Below, in pieces: positions 38,205 to 48,381 of a DNA stretch of 64,000 nucleotides. This DNA comes from an uncultured Candidatus Rokubacteria bacterium. GTDB taxonomy: Bacteria; Methylomirabilota; Methylomirabilia; Rokubacteriales; DASRDR01. Within the stretch, counting starts at the first letter, position 1; every line of letters begins with the position of its first letter. The notes under the pieces are model-generated. The model was not told the origin of the DNA. It made no database searches and saw nothing but the letters and a program-made list of their open reading frames with translations. The stretch is taken from positions 32,001 to 96,000 of the forward strand of contig CAVPSB010000032.1 in assembly GCA_963708025.1 (NCBI GenBank), in the 5' to 3' direction. Position numbers and translations under genes: made by a program.

Positions 38205-40472
38205 TCAGGGTTGCCGCCGGTCCTGTCGTCGCTTCGCCCATCGCGTGAGCCCCAGCTCGAGCCCGACGGTGACGAGGACCGCACCGAACGGGATGACGAG
38301 ATGCCGGTTCGACGCCGGGGCCTCCAAGCGCACATAGTACCACGTGGAAATGGCCGCTTTCGCGCCCTCGTCTCCCTCGGAGCCATCCCAGACCCAGAGC
38401 GCGATCGGAAAGAACTGCCCGACCGGGAAGACGAAGTCGGCCTTGTCGCCCGTCTTGAGGGGGCGCCGGATCACCGCCCGGTACTGGCCGGCGTCGTACA
38501 CCGCCTGACCCTTCGCCTGCATGGCCTCGCCGGCCTGGGGCGTGATCTTCCCGATGCCAGCCGCCGTGGCCTCGCCCACGCCGGGGCCAGCCTGCCAGGT
38601 GAGCAGGTAGACCGGCTTGGCGCTGTCCCCCATCAGGAAATAGGGCCGCTCGCCCTCACCGGTGCCCGTCGGGAACTGGAGGGCGATCATGTCCGGCTTG
38701 GGTGCACCCTGGCCGGGATCCGAGGCGGTCGGGTCGTCCCAGGTCAGGTGGAACGCCACCTCCTGGTCGCTGTGGACGGCCCTGACCGTCACCATGTCCG
38801 CCGTGGGGTTGAAGCTCCGCGGGTCCAGGATCACCTGCCCGACCATCGGGAAATTGGCGGCCGGGACCTTCCGCCAGAACTCGTGGTTCGGATCCGCCGG
38901 GATCTCGGCCCCGGTGACCGCCGAGACCTGGAGGATGCTCGCCCAGCTGGGCCGCTCCACGCCGCCGAGGGAGACGACGTAGTTGGCGACGTGCCAGATG
39001 TCCTCGGGCTTCTCCACCGAGTCGATGAAGGTGGGCATCGGGGAGCCCATGAGCCCGGTCGAGAGCCGCATCGCGACGGCTTTCCGGTCGGGGCCGCCGC
39101 GGAACGTCCAGGGCTTGTGGAGGTTCGCCGGCCGCACCGGATGGCCCCAGTCGTCCTTGAGGTCCGAGCCCGGCGCGGGGTCGCCCCGCCCGGCCAGGCC
39201 GTGGCACTTGTTGCACTCGATGGCCTCGAACATCTCCTTGCCGCGCTTGATCGACGCCTCGGACGACGCGACCTCGGGCGGAACCTTCACCAGCTCCGGC
39301 TTGGCGGTCTTGAAGGCCTCGGCGAAGCCCTTGACGTACCCGACGAGGGCCTGCATGTCCTTGGTGTCGGTGATCACCTTCCCCCAGGCCGGCATCGAGG
39401 TGCCGGGCATGCCGTCGCGGATGACCTTCACCAGGTCGTCGTCGGTCGGCAGCTGCCCGGAGGCCGTGCTGCGGATCTTGTACTTGCCGGCGGTGAAGTC
39501 GCGGGGCCTCGGCAGGAGCCGCTCGGCAGCCGGCCCGTCGCCCTTGCCCGACGCCCCGTGACAGAGCGCGCACTTCGCCTCGTAGAGCTGCTTGCCGCGG
39601 CCGCCGTCGCCGGCCGGCTGGGCCCCGGCCTCCCGGGGTCCGAAGACCGGCGCGCCGTGCGCGAGGAACGAGGCCACGCCGCCGGCCGGGAGGGACCCGG
39701 GCAGGGCCGCGTGACCTTCGGTCATGACGCGCGGCGGATAGCCGGTCGTCTCGTAGAGGTAGAAGATCACCTGCCAGATCTCCTCCTCGGTCAGCCGGTC
39801 CTCCCAGGCGGGCATCGCCGAGTTCCAGGGCGTCGACTCCTTGGGCAGCCCCGGGCCCCCTTTGGCGATCCGCCAGAACAGGAAGCCCTCGGAAAGCTGG
39901 GCGATCGTCCCGGAGTCGGTGAAGTCGGCCGGGGTCGGATTGAACCCGTGGGCGAAGTGGCCGTGCCCGTCGAGGTTGTCCCCGTGGCAGTACATGCAGT
40001 TGCGGATGTAGATGGCGCCGCCCGCGGCCAAGTGCTTGGCCTTGTTCCCCGGGTTGGCGGAGATGTCCTTCCGGATCGGCGTGGGGTTGGCCTGGAGGTC
40101 GATGGGCTTGCCCCGGAACGAGATCGAGGCCGGCGGCGCGGGGTGGATCGCCCGCAGCTCGAGGGGCGCCTCGGCCTTGGCCGCCGCCTGCGAGTAGGCG
40201 TAGTAGCCGACCAGGAGCGGCAGCGCCACGCCCAGGCCGAGCCGCAGCCGCCGCCGGCCGGGGTCGGTCAGGGTGGCCCAGATCGGCCGCACGAAGGCCG
40301 CCCACGACGCCGAGTCGGACGAGACGTAGACGAGCACGGCCAGCAGCGTGATCGCCATGTACTCGGCGAGCACGCTGAACGGCATCGGCGGCCGGATGCC
40401 GTACTTGAAGATCAGGTATGCGACGACGAGGACGAGGACGGCCTGGAGAAACTTGCCGCGGGGCTGAGCCAT
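38205..40472 (-). CDS. Membrane-anchored triheme cytochrome c with C-terminal ethylbenzene dehydrogenase gamma-like (heme b, DOMON-like) domain
   Basis: CMYCH, CALCH, CNKCH; PRPRDFT..YK; LTWDD..D..ALQFP..PYFLMGD..WDGS.G..G.K..ISTW; N- and C-terminal TM segments. Confidence 0.85.
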   Translation of the reverse strand: MAQPRGKFLQAVLVLVVAYLIFKYGIRPPMPFSVLAEYMAITLLAVLVYVSSDSASWAAFVRPIWATLTDPGRRRLRLGLGVALPLLVGYYAYSQAAAKAEAPLELRAIHPAPPASISFRGKPIDLQANPTPIRKDISANPGNKAKHLAAGGAIYIRNCMYCHGDNLDGHGHFAHGFNPTPADFTDSGTIAQLSEGFLFWRIAKGGPGLPKESTPWNSAMPAWEDRLTEEEIWQVIFYLYETTGYPPRVMTEGHAALPGSLPAGGVASFLAHGAPVFGPREAGAQPAGDGGRGKQLYEAKCALCHGASGKGDGPAAERLLPRPRDFTAGKYKIRSTASGQLPTDDDLVKVIRDGMPGTSMPAWGKVITDTKDMQALVGYVKGFAEAFKTAKPELVKVPPEVASSEASIKRGKEMFEAIECNKCHGLAGRGDPAPGSDLKDDWGHPVRPANLHKPWTFRGGPDRKAVAMRLSTGLMGSPMPTFIDSVEKPEDIWHVANYVVSLGGVERPSWASILQVSAVTGAEIPADPNHEFWRKVPAANFPMVGQVILDPRSFNPTADMVTVRAVHSDQEVAFHLTWDDPTASDPGQGAPKPDMIALQFPTGTGEGERPYFLMGDSAKPVYLLTWQAGPGVGEATAAGIGKITPQAGEAMQAKGQAVYDAGQYRAVIRRPLKTGDKADFVFPVGQFFPIALWVWDGSEGDEGAKAAISTWYYVRLEAPASNRHLVIPFGAVLVTVGLELGLTRWAKRRQDRRQP

Positions 40473-40476
40473 CGCG

Positions 40477-41340
40477 TCAGGACTTCGGAGCGGCCGCTGG
40501 CGCCGGGGCCGGCGCCCCGGCAGCCGGCGCCGCTCCGCCCCCCTTGAGGGTCATCATGAAGGCGACCAGGTCGATGTATTCCTTCGCCGTGAGCACCTGC
40601 CCGAACGTCGGCGGCATGACCCCGGCCGGGTACCCCGAGACGGTGCCCTTGGACTTCGGGTCGAGGATCTTCCCCATGATGTACTCGATGGTCTGGGTGG
40701 CCCCGATGTTCGACAGATCGGGGCCGAGCGGGCTCGCCCCGATGCTCCCCGCCTTGTGGCACGCGATGCACGTGCCCTTGCCCTTGAACACGGCCTCGCC
40801 GGCCTTGGGATCGCCCGGCAGCTCGATGGACGCCGCCGCCTGGGCGCCCCCGGCCGTTGCGCCGGCGGTGGCGGGGATGTCGTCGAGCTTCACGTCGACG
40901 CTCGCCCCCTGGCTCTCCAGGAAGGCGACCGTCGCCCACAGCTCACTCCGGTTGAGCCCGATGGGCGGTCGGTCCACCTTCGGCATGATGGGCGGATAGG
41001 GGGGAACGAGGAAGGCCCCGGGATCGATCAGCGACTCGATCAGATAGGCCTTGGCGCTCGTCCCCGGCTTGCGCGTGGCCGCCCGGCTGCCTACGCCGGC
41101 CAGGTCCGGCCCCCGGCCGCCGGGGGCGCCGAGAGTGTGACACGTGGCGCACTGCCCCTTCTCGCGGTAAATCTTCTCCCCGGCCGCGACGAGCTGCTCG
41201 GGCGTCACGTTGCCGCCCTCCAGGGACAGCTCCTCGGGCGGCTTCGACTCGAGCTGGGGAATCGAGTTGGCGTACCAGGTGTAGGCGCCCATCACCACCA
41301 GGGCGAACGCGCTGACCTTCAGGGTGACCGGGGCCGCCAC
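40477..41340 (-). CDS. Membrane-anchored diheme cytochrome c
   Basis: CATCH and CIACH, each with GPDL and distal MP; N-terminal TM. Confidence 0.92.
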   Translation of the reverse strand: MAAPVTLKVSAFALVVMGAYTWYANSIPQLESKPPEELSLEGGNVTPEQLVAAGEKIYREKGQCATCHTLGAPGGRGPDLAGVGSRAATRKPGTSAKAYLIESLIDPGAFLVPPYPPIMPKVDRPPIGLNRSELWATVAFLESQGASVDVKLDDIPATAGATAGGAQAAASIELPGDPKAGEAVFKGKGTCIACHKAGSIGASPLGPDLSNIGATQTIEYIMGKILDPKSKGTVSGYPAGVMPPTFGQVLTAKEYIDLVAFMMTLKGGGAAPAAGAPAPAPAAAPKS

Positions 41341-41343
41341 GGC

Positions 41344-43218
41344 TCAGTTCCGGGGTTCGGCGCCGCCGGCGATCGGCACCGGCCGGGGCGCGCCGGCCGT
41401 CATGGGCTCGACGGCGTGTGCCTCCTCGTGCCCCCGGCTGCCCAGCCCACCCAGCCAGAAGATGAACATCACCATCCCCAGGAAGAGCGCCGTCGTGACC
41501 GTGATGACGTTGGCCGCGTAGCCGAGGGCCGGCGTCACCGCGTCCGGCGAGGTGTCGCGCATCACCCCGTAGATGTGCCAGTGCTGGCGGATCCCCGAGC
41601 GGGCGAAGCCCATGAGGCCCATGAGCCAGGTGAACGTGACGGCCAGGAGGACCAGGACGTACTGGGAGCGGGGCGCGATGCTCCCCCAGCGGATGGCGCC
41701 GGTGGCCCGGGCGCCCTTGAACATCGGGATGTCGATCGCCATCACGATGGCGATGGTGGCCAGGACGGTCGAGACCTGGAGCGGTGAGAACTGCCGGATC
41801 CGCTTGAGCGGGTCGACGAAGTAGCCGCCGACGCCCAGCCCCACCACGATGGCCGCCGCCACCCCGAGCACCGCCCACTGGGCGATCATCCCGGACCGCA
41901 CCCACGACGTGGTCGCGATCTTGTTCGCGCGCCGGTAGAGCAGGTACGACAGGAAGGTCGTCAGGATCATCAGGTTCACGGCGGTGTTCTTGGCCGACAT
42001 GACGCCGAACACGCCGAGCATCTTGTGGTGGGTGCCGCCCATCCGGCGCACCTCGTCCACGGACGCGATCAGCGTGTGCGGCGTGGCCCACACCATGAAC
42101 CCGAGCACGATGACCAGGAGCAGGTACTTGATGTACGGGCGGTAGCGCTCGGAGCCGGGGATCCGCTCCATGCCGAGCCAGAGATAGTAGTTCGACCCCA
42201 TGAAGAGCACGCCGATGAGAATGGCCTGGACGATCCAGAGCCAGGACATGAAGCCGCCCATCATGGTGATGCCCATCGTCTGGTCGAAGGCGTAGATCTC
42301 GAAGCCGAGCCAGTAGCCGGCGAACGGGAGCACCATCAGGGCGGAGACCGCCACGAAGTTCCCGATGTAGCCCATCCAGTCGTACTGGGCTCGCTCCTCG
42401 TCGGTCTTGGCGCCCAGGAAGCGGAAGGCGGCGTAGGCGGCCGCCACCGTCCCCCCGAAGACGATGTTGGCGATCAGGCGATGGATGTTGATCGGCATCC
42501 ACGTGAAGTTGTTGACCGCCTGCCACAGCGTGCCGATGAACTTGCCGGCCGGGTCGATGAACTCCTTGGGTGGCGAGACCATGAACGTCACCCAGGAGTT
42601 GGACACGACGAGGATCGCGGTCCCGAAGAGGTTGGAGAGGATCCCCAGCGCAAGGTGAATGCCCTTCCGCGGTCCCGACAGCCAGTCCCAGCCGTAGTAC
42701 CAGAGGTAGACGGTGAAGGTCTCGAGGAAGAACAGGGCGGCGTAGAGCCACATGGTGGGCGCGAAGACGGCGCTCATGTAGGCCCAGAACTTGGGGTAGA
42801 GCGTGATCAGAAGGAAGAGGAGGCCCCCGCCCAGGAGCGCCGTCGTGGAGAATGCCGCGAAGGTCAGCTTGACGAACTCGTGGGCCAGCCAGTCGAAGCG
42901 CCGGCCCTCGGGGGTCGGGCCGTTCCGCCAGCCCATGAACTCGATGATGACCGCGAAGATCGGGACCCCGAGAATGAAGGCCGCGAAGTTCAGGTGGATC
43001 TGGGAGATGATCCAGACGGCCAGCCGCGAGCCGACGTAGGGGAAGGCCCGGTAGGCGGGCTCGGTCGTCGGGGCCGGCTGGCCCCAGGCCGGGGCGGCAA
43101 GGAGGCTCAGCACGCCGAGGGCCAGGACGAGCACCGGAAGGAGAGAACCGGCGAGGGAGCGGCGGGCGCGCCTCACCTGGCCGCCATGCGGTCCGACCAC
43201 CTTCGCCACGTGGCGCAC
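41344..43218 (-). CDS. Cytochrome bd subunit I-like (CydA-like) membrane protein
   Basis: QIHLNF (His19-like), FFLET, NSW..FM.SP, NIHRLIAN (His186-like), RQHW; no cydB adjacent. Confidence 0.82.
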   Translation of the reverse strand: MRHVAKVVGPHGGQVRRARRSLAGSLLPVLVLALGVLSLLAAPAWGQPAPTTEPAYRAFPYVGSRLAVWIISQIHLNFAAFILGVPIFAVIIEFMGWRNGPTPEGRRFDWLAHEFVKLTFAAFSTTALLGGGLLFLLITLYPKFWAYMSAVFAPTMWLYAALFFLETFTVYLWYYGWDWLSGPRKGIHLALGILSNLFGTAILVVSNSWVTFMVSPPKEFIDPAGKFIGTLWQAVNNFTWMPINIHRLIANIVFGGTVAAAYAAFRFLGAKTDEERAQYDWMGYIGNFVAVSALMVLPFAGYWLGFEIYAFDQTMGITMMGGFMSWLWIVQAILIGVLFMGSNYYLWLGMERIPGSERYRPYIKYLLLVIVLGFMVWATPHTLIASVDEVRRMGGTHHKMLGVFGVMSAKNTAVNLMILTTFLSYLLYRRANKIATTSWVRSGMIAQWAVLGVAAAIVVGLGVGGYFVDPLKRIRQFSPLQVSTVLATIAIVMAIDIPMFKGARATGAIRWGSIAPRSQYVLVLLAVTFTWLMGLMGFARSGIRQHWHIYGVMRDTSPDAVTPALGYAANVITVTTALFLGMVMFIFWLGGLGSRGHEEAHAVEPMTAGAPRPVPIAGGAEPRN

Positions 43219-43509
43219 TTGGATCGCGCTGAGGGCTCCGTGGGGGGTTTCGCCACGGGGGACGGAGCGGCCAACCGAGTCCGCCCCCCCTTGTACCGGC
43301 GGTCACAAGAACGCTTCCTTTGTAGTGTAGCGACCCCGGCCTGTCAAGGGGAAAAGGCCGCGACCACGCGCGCGTCCGCATCGGGACGAGCGGGGAGCGT
43401 GGGGCTCCGGAGCTCCGGCGGCGGCGCCTGGTTGCCCGGCGCCAAAGGCGCTTGCTACGATCCCCCCGACACGCCTGAGAGGCGTCACCGCACCGCCCAC
43501 CCCAGACAC

Positions 43510-43896
43510 GTGACCGTCGAGATCGTCGCCCAGAGCCTGGTGTCCGGTCTCCTCAAACAGGATCGTGATGCCCTGCTCCCGGTTGAGCCGCCGCAGCACC
43601 TCCAGGATCTCGGTGACGACGCGGGGCGCCAGTCCCAGGGTCGGCTCGTCGACCATGAGGAAGCGGGGGCGCGACATCAAGCCCCGGGCAATCGCGACCA
43701 TCTGTTGCTCGCCGCCCGAGAGCGTGTGGGCCAGCTGGTTCAGCGCGACCAGCGGATCGAGACCCCCAGCGCCCAGACCCAGAACGTGGCGAAACATCGC
43801 GAACATCAGGAACTCGCCGTGGGCGAAGTTGACGATCTCCATCAGCCCGAAGATGAGCGAGAGACCGGCCGCGATCAGGGCGTAGACGAAGCCCAT
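43510..43896. pseudogene. Scrambled remnant of branched-chain amino acid ABC operon (livH/livF-like)
   Basis: Plus strand VTVEIVAQSLVSGLL; minus strand MGFVYALIAAGLSLIFGLMEIVNFAHGEF joined to TLSGGEQQMVAIARGLMSRPRFLMVDEP. Confidence 0.82.
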
Positions 43897-44122
43897 GCGC
43901 CGGAACCGCCGGCAAGCTGCTCGCGTCCGACGAGGTGAAGAAGGTGTTTGGGGGCCTGTAGGGCAGCCGGGGAGTTTGCGGGCAGGCGCGAGCTGTGCTA
44001 AGGTAATCCGCGTACCGCTCGCGACGTACCCGCATGGACAGCAGCGACACATACCGCTCGATGGCAGCGGGCGCGCCGGTGCCGGCGCAGCTCTGACCCT
44101 GACCCCCGACCGGAGGATCCCA

Positions 44123-44452
44123 ATGGCAAGCACGACCATCCTTCATCTCACCGAGGCCTCCTTCGATACGACGCTGGCCGAGCACGCGGAGGCCGTGGTC
44201 GTCAACTTCTGGGCCGAGTGGTGCGGTCCCTGCAAGGCTATCGCTCCGCTGCTGGAGGATCTCGCCCAGGAGTACGCGGGGAAGGTCACGATCGCCAAGG
44301 TGAACGTGGACGAGCAGCCGGCGGTGGCCGCGCGCTTCCAGGTCCGCTCGATCCCCACGCTCCTCTTCTTCAAGGGAGGCCAGGTGGTGGACCAGGTGAT
44401 CGGGGCGGTGCCGAAGGCGCAGATCAAGAAACGCCTGGACACGGTGGCCTGA
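44123..44452 (+). CDS. trxA: Thioredoxin
   Basis: FWAEWCGPCK, SIPTL; RBS GGAGG. Confidence 0.96.
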   Translation: MASTTILHLTEASFDTTLAEHAEAVVVNFWAEWCGPCKAIAPLLEDLAQEYAGKVTIAKVNVDEQPAVAARFQVRSIPTLLFFKGGQVVDQVIGAVPKAQIKKRLDTVA

Positions 44453-44465
44453 CCGCGGCGTCGCC

Positions 44466-45512
44466 ATGGCCCGCGAGGACCCCGCCTCTCCCGGGGGCCC
44501 CGCCGGGCCCCTCCTCCGCGATCTCGGGGAGCGCGGACTCATCGAGCGGGTCCGGCGACGGGTGGGCCCGGCCGGCGGCGAGGTCCTCGTCGGGATCGGG
44601 GACGACGCCGCCGCGATCGCCTGGCCGCCGGGCCAGGTCCTGCTGCTGACCACCGACACCCTGGTCGAGGACGTCCACTTCCGCCGGGCCACCGCGACCC
44701 TCCGCGAGGTCGGCGGCAAGGCTCTCGCCGTCAACCTGTCGGACATCGCCGCCATGGGCGGGGAGCCCCGCTTCGCCCTCCTCGCGCTCGTCCTGCCCCC
44801 GCGCTGCACGGTCGCCGACGTGGACGAGCTGTACACCGGCCTCCTCGACATGGCGGCGCGGTACGAGGTCCGGCTGATCGGCGGGGACACCTGCACGGCG
44901 CCGGACCGGATGGTCCTCACGGTCACCCTCGTCGGCCAGACCGACGGCCCGCCGGTCCGCCGGAGCGGAGCGCAGCCCGGGGATACCATCCTCGTGACCG
45001 GCACGCTGGGCGCGGCCGCCGCCGGTCTGGCGGCCCTGGAGCGCGGCCCGCTGCCGGTGCCCGAGGAGGTGGCGGAGCCAGTGCGCCGGGCCCACCGATT
45101 GCCGACGCCACGCGTCGCGGAAGGGCGGCTCGTGCGCGCCTCGGGTCTGGCGACCTCGATGATCGACCTCTCGGACGGCCTCGCCACCGACCTCGGCCAC
45201 ATCGCGGAGGAGAGCGGCGTCGGCGCCCGTGTCCGCCTGACCGCCCTGCCCGTGAGCGAGCCGACGCGGGAGGTGGCTCGCCTCCTCCACGAGACGCCGT
45301 GGGCGTGGGCGGTGAGCGGCGGTGAGGACTACGAGCTGCTGTTCACGGCACCGGCCGGGCGCGCGGCGGCGCTGGCCCGCCGGGTGACGGACGCCACCGG
45401 CACGCCAGTCAGCCTGATCGGAGAGATCCGGCCAGCCGGGGAAGGCGTGTCCTTCGTCGACGCGGACGGAGCGGCTGTCGATGTGCGGCCGGGCTTCGAA
45501 CACTTCAGGTGA
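44466..45512 (+). CDS. thiL: Thiamine-monophosphate kinase
   Basis: GIGDDAA, NLSDIAAMGG, GGDT, DLSDGL, GGEDYEL. Confidence 0.96.
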   Translation: MAREDPASPGGPAGPLLRDLGERGLIERVRRRVGPAGGEVLVGIGDDAAAIAWPPGQVLLLTTDTLVEDVHFRRATATLREVGGKALAVNLSDIAAMGGEPRFALLALVLPPRCTVADVDELYTGLLDMAARYEVRLIGGDTCTAPDRMVLTVTLVGQTDGPPVRRSGAQPGDTILVTGTLGAAAAGLAALERGPLPVPEEVAEPVRRAHRLPTPRVAEGRLVRASGLATSMIDLSDGLATDLGHIAEESGVGARVRLTALPVSEPTREVARLLHETPWAWAVSGGEDYELLFTAPAGRAAALARRVTDATGTPVSLIGEIRPAGEGVSFVDADGAAVDVRPGFEHFR

Positions 45513-45645
45513 GGGCGTGTGAAGCAGTCAGGTCGTCCGGCCCCCCCCTTCCCCCCGGCCACAGGCCGAAGGCCGTCCATCGATGGGGGAGGGGCGCCAA
45601 AGGCCGAAGGCCGTCGAAGAATCGGGTGGGCGGGAGGTCCCGAAC
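45509..45645 (+). repeat. Direct repeat (family 4), copy 1
   Basis: GTGAG.GCGTGTGAAG..GGTCGTCCG..GGCCACAGGCCGAAGGCCGTC..CGATGGGGGAGGGG..GGTGGGCGGGAGGTCCCGAAC, repeated at 48221-48335. Confidence 0.85.
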
Positions 45646-45684
45646 TGAGAGGCCGGGGCCCGTGAGGCCCGCGGAACGGACGCC

Positions 45685-46968
45685 GTGGACGTCAACCGAC
45701 TGATCCTCGACCTGCTCCTCCTGGTGGGCTTCCTGGCCGCCTCGGCGCTGCTGGCCGGGGCGGAGGCGGCCTACTTCTCGCTGAGCCGTCACGGGACGGT
45801 CCGGCTGGAGGGCGGGGAGGGCGCCGATCGCTCGCCGCTGGCGCGCCTCCTCGAGAAGCCGCACGAGCTCTTGATCACGATCCTGGTCGGCATCACGCTC
45901 GTCAACATCGCGAGCTCGGCCCTCGCCACCACGGTCGCCACGGCGCTTTTCGGCCCACGGGGCGTCGCGATCGCCATCCCGGCGATGATCTTCCTCATCG
46001 TCGTCTTCGGCGAGGTCCTGCCGATGACGATCGCGGTCGATGCGCCCCAGCGGTTCGGCCGGCTCGCCGCCCGGCCGGTGCTGCTCCTCGCCTACGTGCT
46101 CACGCCGGTGCGGGCGATGCTGGGCGCCTTCACCGCGCTCGTCTCGCGGGCGGTGGCCCGCGAGGAGACGCCGCAGACCGCGATCACCGAGGCCGAGCTG
46201 CGGACGCTGGTCGAGGTGGGGCACCGCGAGGGCGTCGTCGAGCGCAGCGAGCGGGAGATGATCCACGGCGTGTTCGAGCTGGGGGACACGACCGTGTGGG
46301 ACATCATGACGCCCCGCACTGACATCTTCGGCGTCGACCTCACGACGCCGCCGGCCCGGCTCCTCGACGAGCTGCGGACCCATCTGCACCACCGGGTCCC
46401 GGTCTACGAAGACAGCCTCGACCACATCGTGGGCATCCTCTTCACGCGGGACCTCTTGCCGTACTACCGCGGCTTGCCGTCCGATTTTGACCTCCGCCGC
46501 CACCTCGTCCCTCCGTACTTCGTCCCCCAGACCAAGCGGGCGGACGCGCTGCTGCGGGAGTTCCAGGCCAAGAAGCTGCGGATGGCGATCGTGGTCGACG
46601 AGTACGGGGGGACCGCCGGGCTGGTCACGCTGGAGGACATCCTGGAGGAGGTGGTAGGCGAGATCCGGGACGAGTTCGAGGCCGAGGAGCGGCTCGCCCA
46701 GCGGGTGGACGAGCGGACCTGGCGGGTGGCGGCCAAGATGGCGATCGCCGACTTCAACCGGCTCACCGGGCTCGCCATCCCGGACGACAACTTCGACACC
46801 GTGGGCGGGTGGGTCCTCGACCTCTTCGGCCGCGTCCCCCACCGGGGCGAGAGCGTGGAGGCCGGCGGGGTCCGGGTGACCGTCGAGAAGGTGCACCGGA
46901 CCCGCATCCTGGAGGTGCTGGTCCGCTTGTCGGCCTCGCCGCCGGCGCCGCCGGAGCCGCCCGAGTGA
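45685..46968 (+). CDS. Hemolysin/CNNM (DUF21-CBS-CorC) family protein
   Basis: EAAYFSL, FGEVLP, IMTPR, VVDEYGGTAGLVTLED. Confidence 0.93.
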   Translation: MDVNRLILDLLLLVGFLAASALLAGAEAAYFSLSRHGTVRLEGGEGADRSPLARLLEKPHELLITILVGITLVNIASSALATTVATALFGPRGVAIAIPAMIFLIVVFGEVLPMTIAVDAPQRFGRLAARPVLLLAYVLTPVRAMLGAFTALVSRAVAREETPQTAITEAELRTLVEVGHREGVVERSEREMIHGVFELGDTTVWDIMTPRTDIFGVDLTTPPARLLDELRTHLHHRVPVYEDSLDHIVGILFTRDLLPYYRGLPSDFDLRRHLVPPYFVPQTKRADALLREFQAKKLRMAIVVDEYGGTAGLVTLEDILEEVVGEIRDEFEAEERLAQRVDERTWRVAAKMAIADFNRLTGLAIPDDNFDTVGGWVLDLFGRVPHRGESVEAGGVRVTVEKVHRTRILEVLVRLSASPPAPPEPPE

Positions 46969-48224
46969 GCGCCCTGCTGGTCGTGGTCCTCTGCCTGCTC
47001 GCGTCGGCGTTCTTCTCCGCCGCCGAGATGGCGTTCATCGCCGCCAACCGCATCAAGCTGCGCCACCTCGCCGAGCAGGGCTCGCGGGTGGCCCGCAGGT
47101 ACGTGGAGGCCTTCGAGCGGCCGGAGCGCCTCCTCTCCACGGCCATGATGGGCGTCACCATCGCCCACGTCTCGGCCGCGGCGCTGACGACAGCCCTGCT
47201 CCTGCCGTGGCTGGATCGAAAGGCGGCCTTGTGGGCCACCGTCATCCTCACCCCGGTCATGCTGGTCTTCGGCGAGATCCTGCCGAAGAGCCTCACCCAG
47301 CAGCGGGCCACCGCGGTGGCCCTCCGGACCTTCCATGCGCTGCGCGTCGCCGCCTGGCTGCTCGCCCCGCTGGTGTGGGCGGCCAACGCGCTCGTCGGCG
47401 CCATCCTCCGGGGCCTGGGCTACCGGGAGCGCCACGACCCGTTCGTCTCCCGGGACGACCTTCGCCTGCTCTTCCAGGTCGAGCCGACCGGCGCGACCGA
47501 CGTGAAGGAGGAAGAGCGGGAGATGATCGACGGGATCTTCCACCTCGGCGAGACGACCGTTCGCGAGATCATGGTGCCGCTGGTCGACGTGCTGGCGGTC
47601 CCCGAGGAGGCGACGGTCGAGGAGGCGGTCGCCCGGATCGGCGAGAGCGGCCACTCCCGCCTGCCGGTGTACCGGGAGCGCATCGACCACGTGATCGGCG
47701 TCGTGGCGGCGCTGGACATCCTGCAGCGGGGGGCGACCGAGGAGGGCGTGAAGGCGCTGCTCCGGCCCGCCTACTACGTCCCCGAGACCAAGCGCATCGA
47801 CGACCTCCTGCGCGAGATGCAGCGCCAGCGCATCCAGCTCGCCGTGGTGGTCGACGAGTACGGCGGGAGCGAAGGCATCGTGAGCGTGGAGGACATCGTC
47901 GAGCAGATCGTGGGCGAGATCGAGGACGAGCACACCCGCACGCCCTCCACGCTGACTTCGCTTCCCGACGGGAGCTACCTGGTCGCGGCCCGGCTGGGCA
48001 TCGACGAGCTGAACGAGACGCTGGAGTGGGATCTCCCGAAGAAGGACTACGAGACGGTGGGCGGGCTCATCCTCTCTGCCCTCGGCCGGATCCCCCGGCC
48101 GGGCGAGCAGGTCGTCCTGGATCGGTACGAGCTGTCCGTGGTGGACGCCGACGAGCGCCGCATCCTGAAGGTCAAGGTGAAGGCCCGCGACCGGGGCCCG
48201 ATGAGCGACCAGCCCCGGATGTGA
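46965..48224 (+). CDS. Hemolysin/CNNM family protein, second paralog
   Basis: [36 protein letters not shown] overlap. Confidence 0.93.
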   Translation: MSALLVVVLCLLASAFFSAAEMAFIAANRIKLRHLAEQGSRVARRYVEAFERPERLLSTAMMGVTIAHVSAAALTTALLLPWLDRKAALWATVILTPVMLVFGEILPKSLTQQRATAVALRTFHALRVAAWLLAPLVWAANALVGAILRGLGYRERHDPFVSRDDLRLLFQVEPTGATDVKEEEREMIDGIFHLGETTVREIMVPLVDVLAVPEEATVEEAVARIGESGHSRLPVYRERIDHVIGVVAALDILQRGATEEGVKALLRPAYYVPETKRIDDLLREMQRQRIQLAVVVDEYGGSEGIVSVEDIVEQIVGEIEDEHTRTPSTLTSLPDGSYLVAARLGIDELNETLEWDLPKKDYETVGGLILSALGRIPRPGEQVVLDRYELSVVDADERRILKVKVKARDRGPMSDQPRM

Positions 48225-48335
48225 GAGCGTGTGAAGGAATGGGTCGTCCGACTCCCCCCTCCCCTCGGCCACAGGCCGAAGGCCGTCGAACGATGGGGGA
48301 GGGGGGCCTGGGGGGGTGGGCGGGAGGTCCCGAAC
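48221..48335 (+). repeat. Direct repeat (family 4), copy 2
   Basis: Matches 45509-45645. Confidence 0.85.
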
Positions 48336-48381
48336 CATGCACGGCCGCCCGTCGGGCGCGCCGACACGAGGAGGTCAGCGA

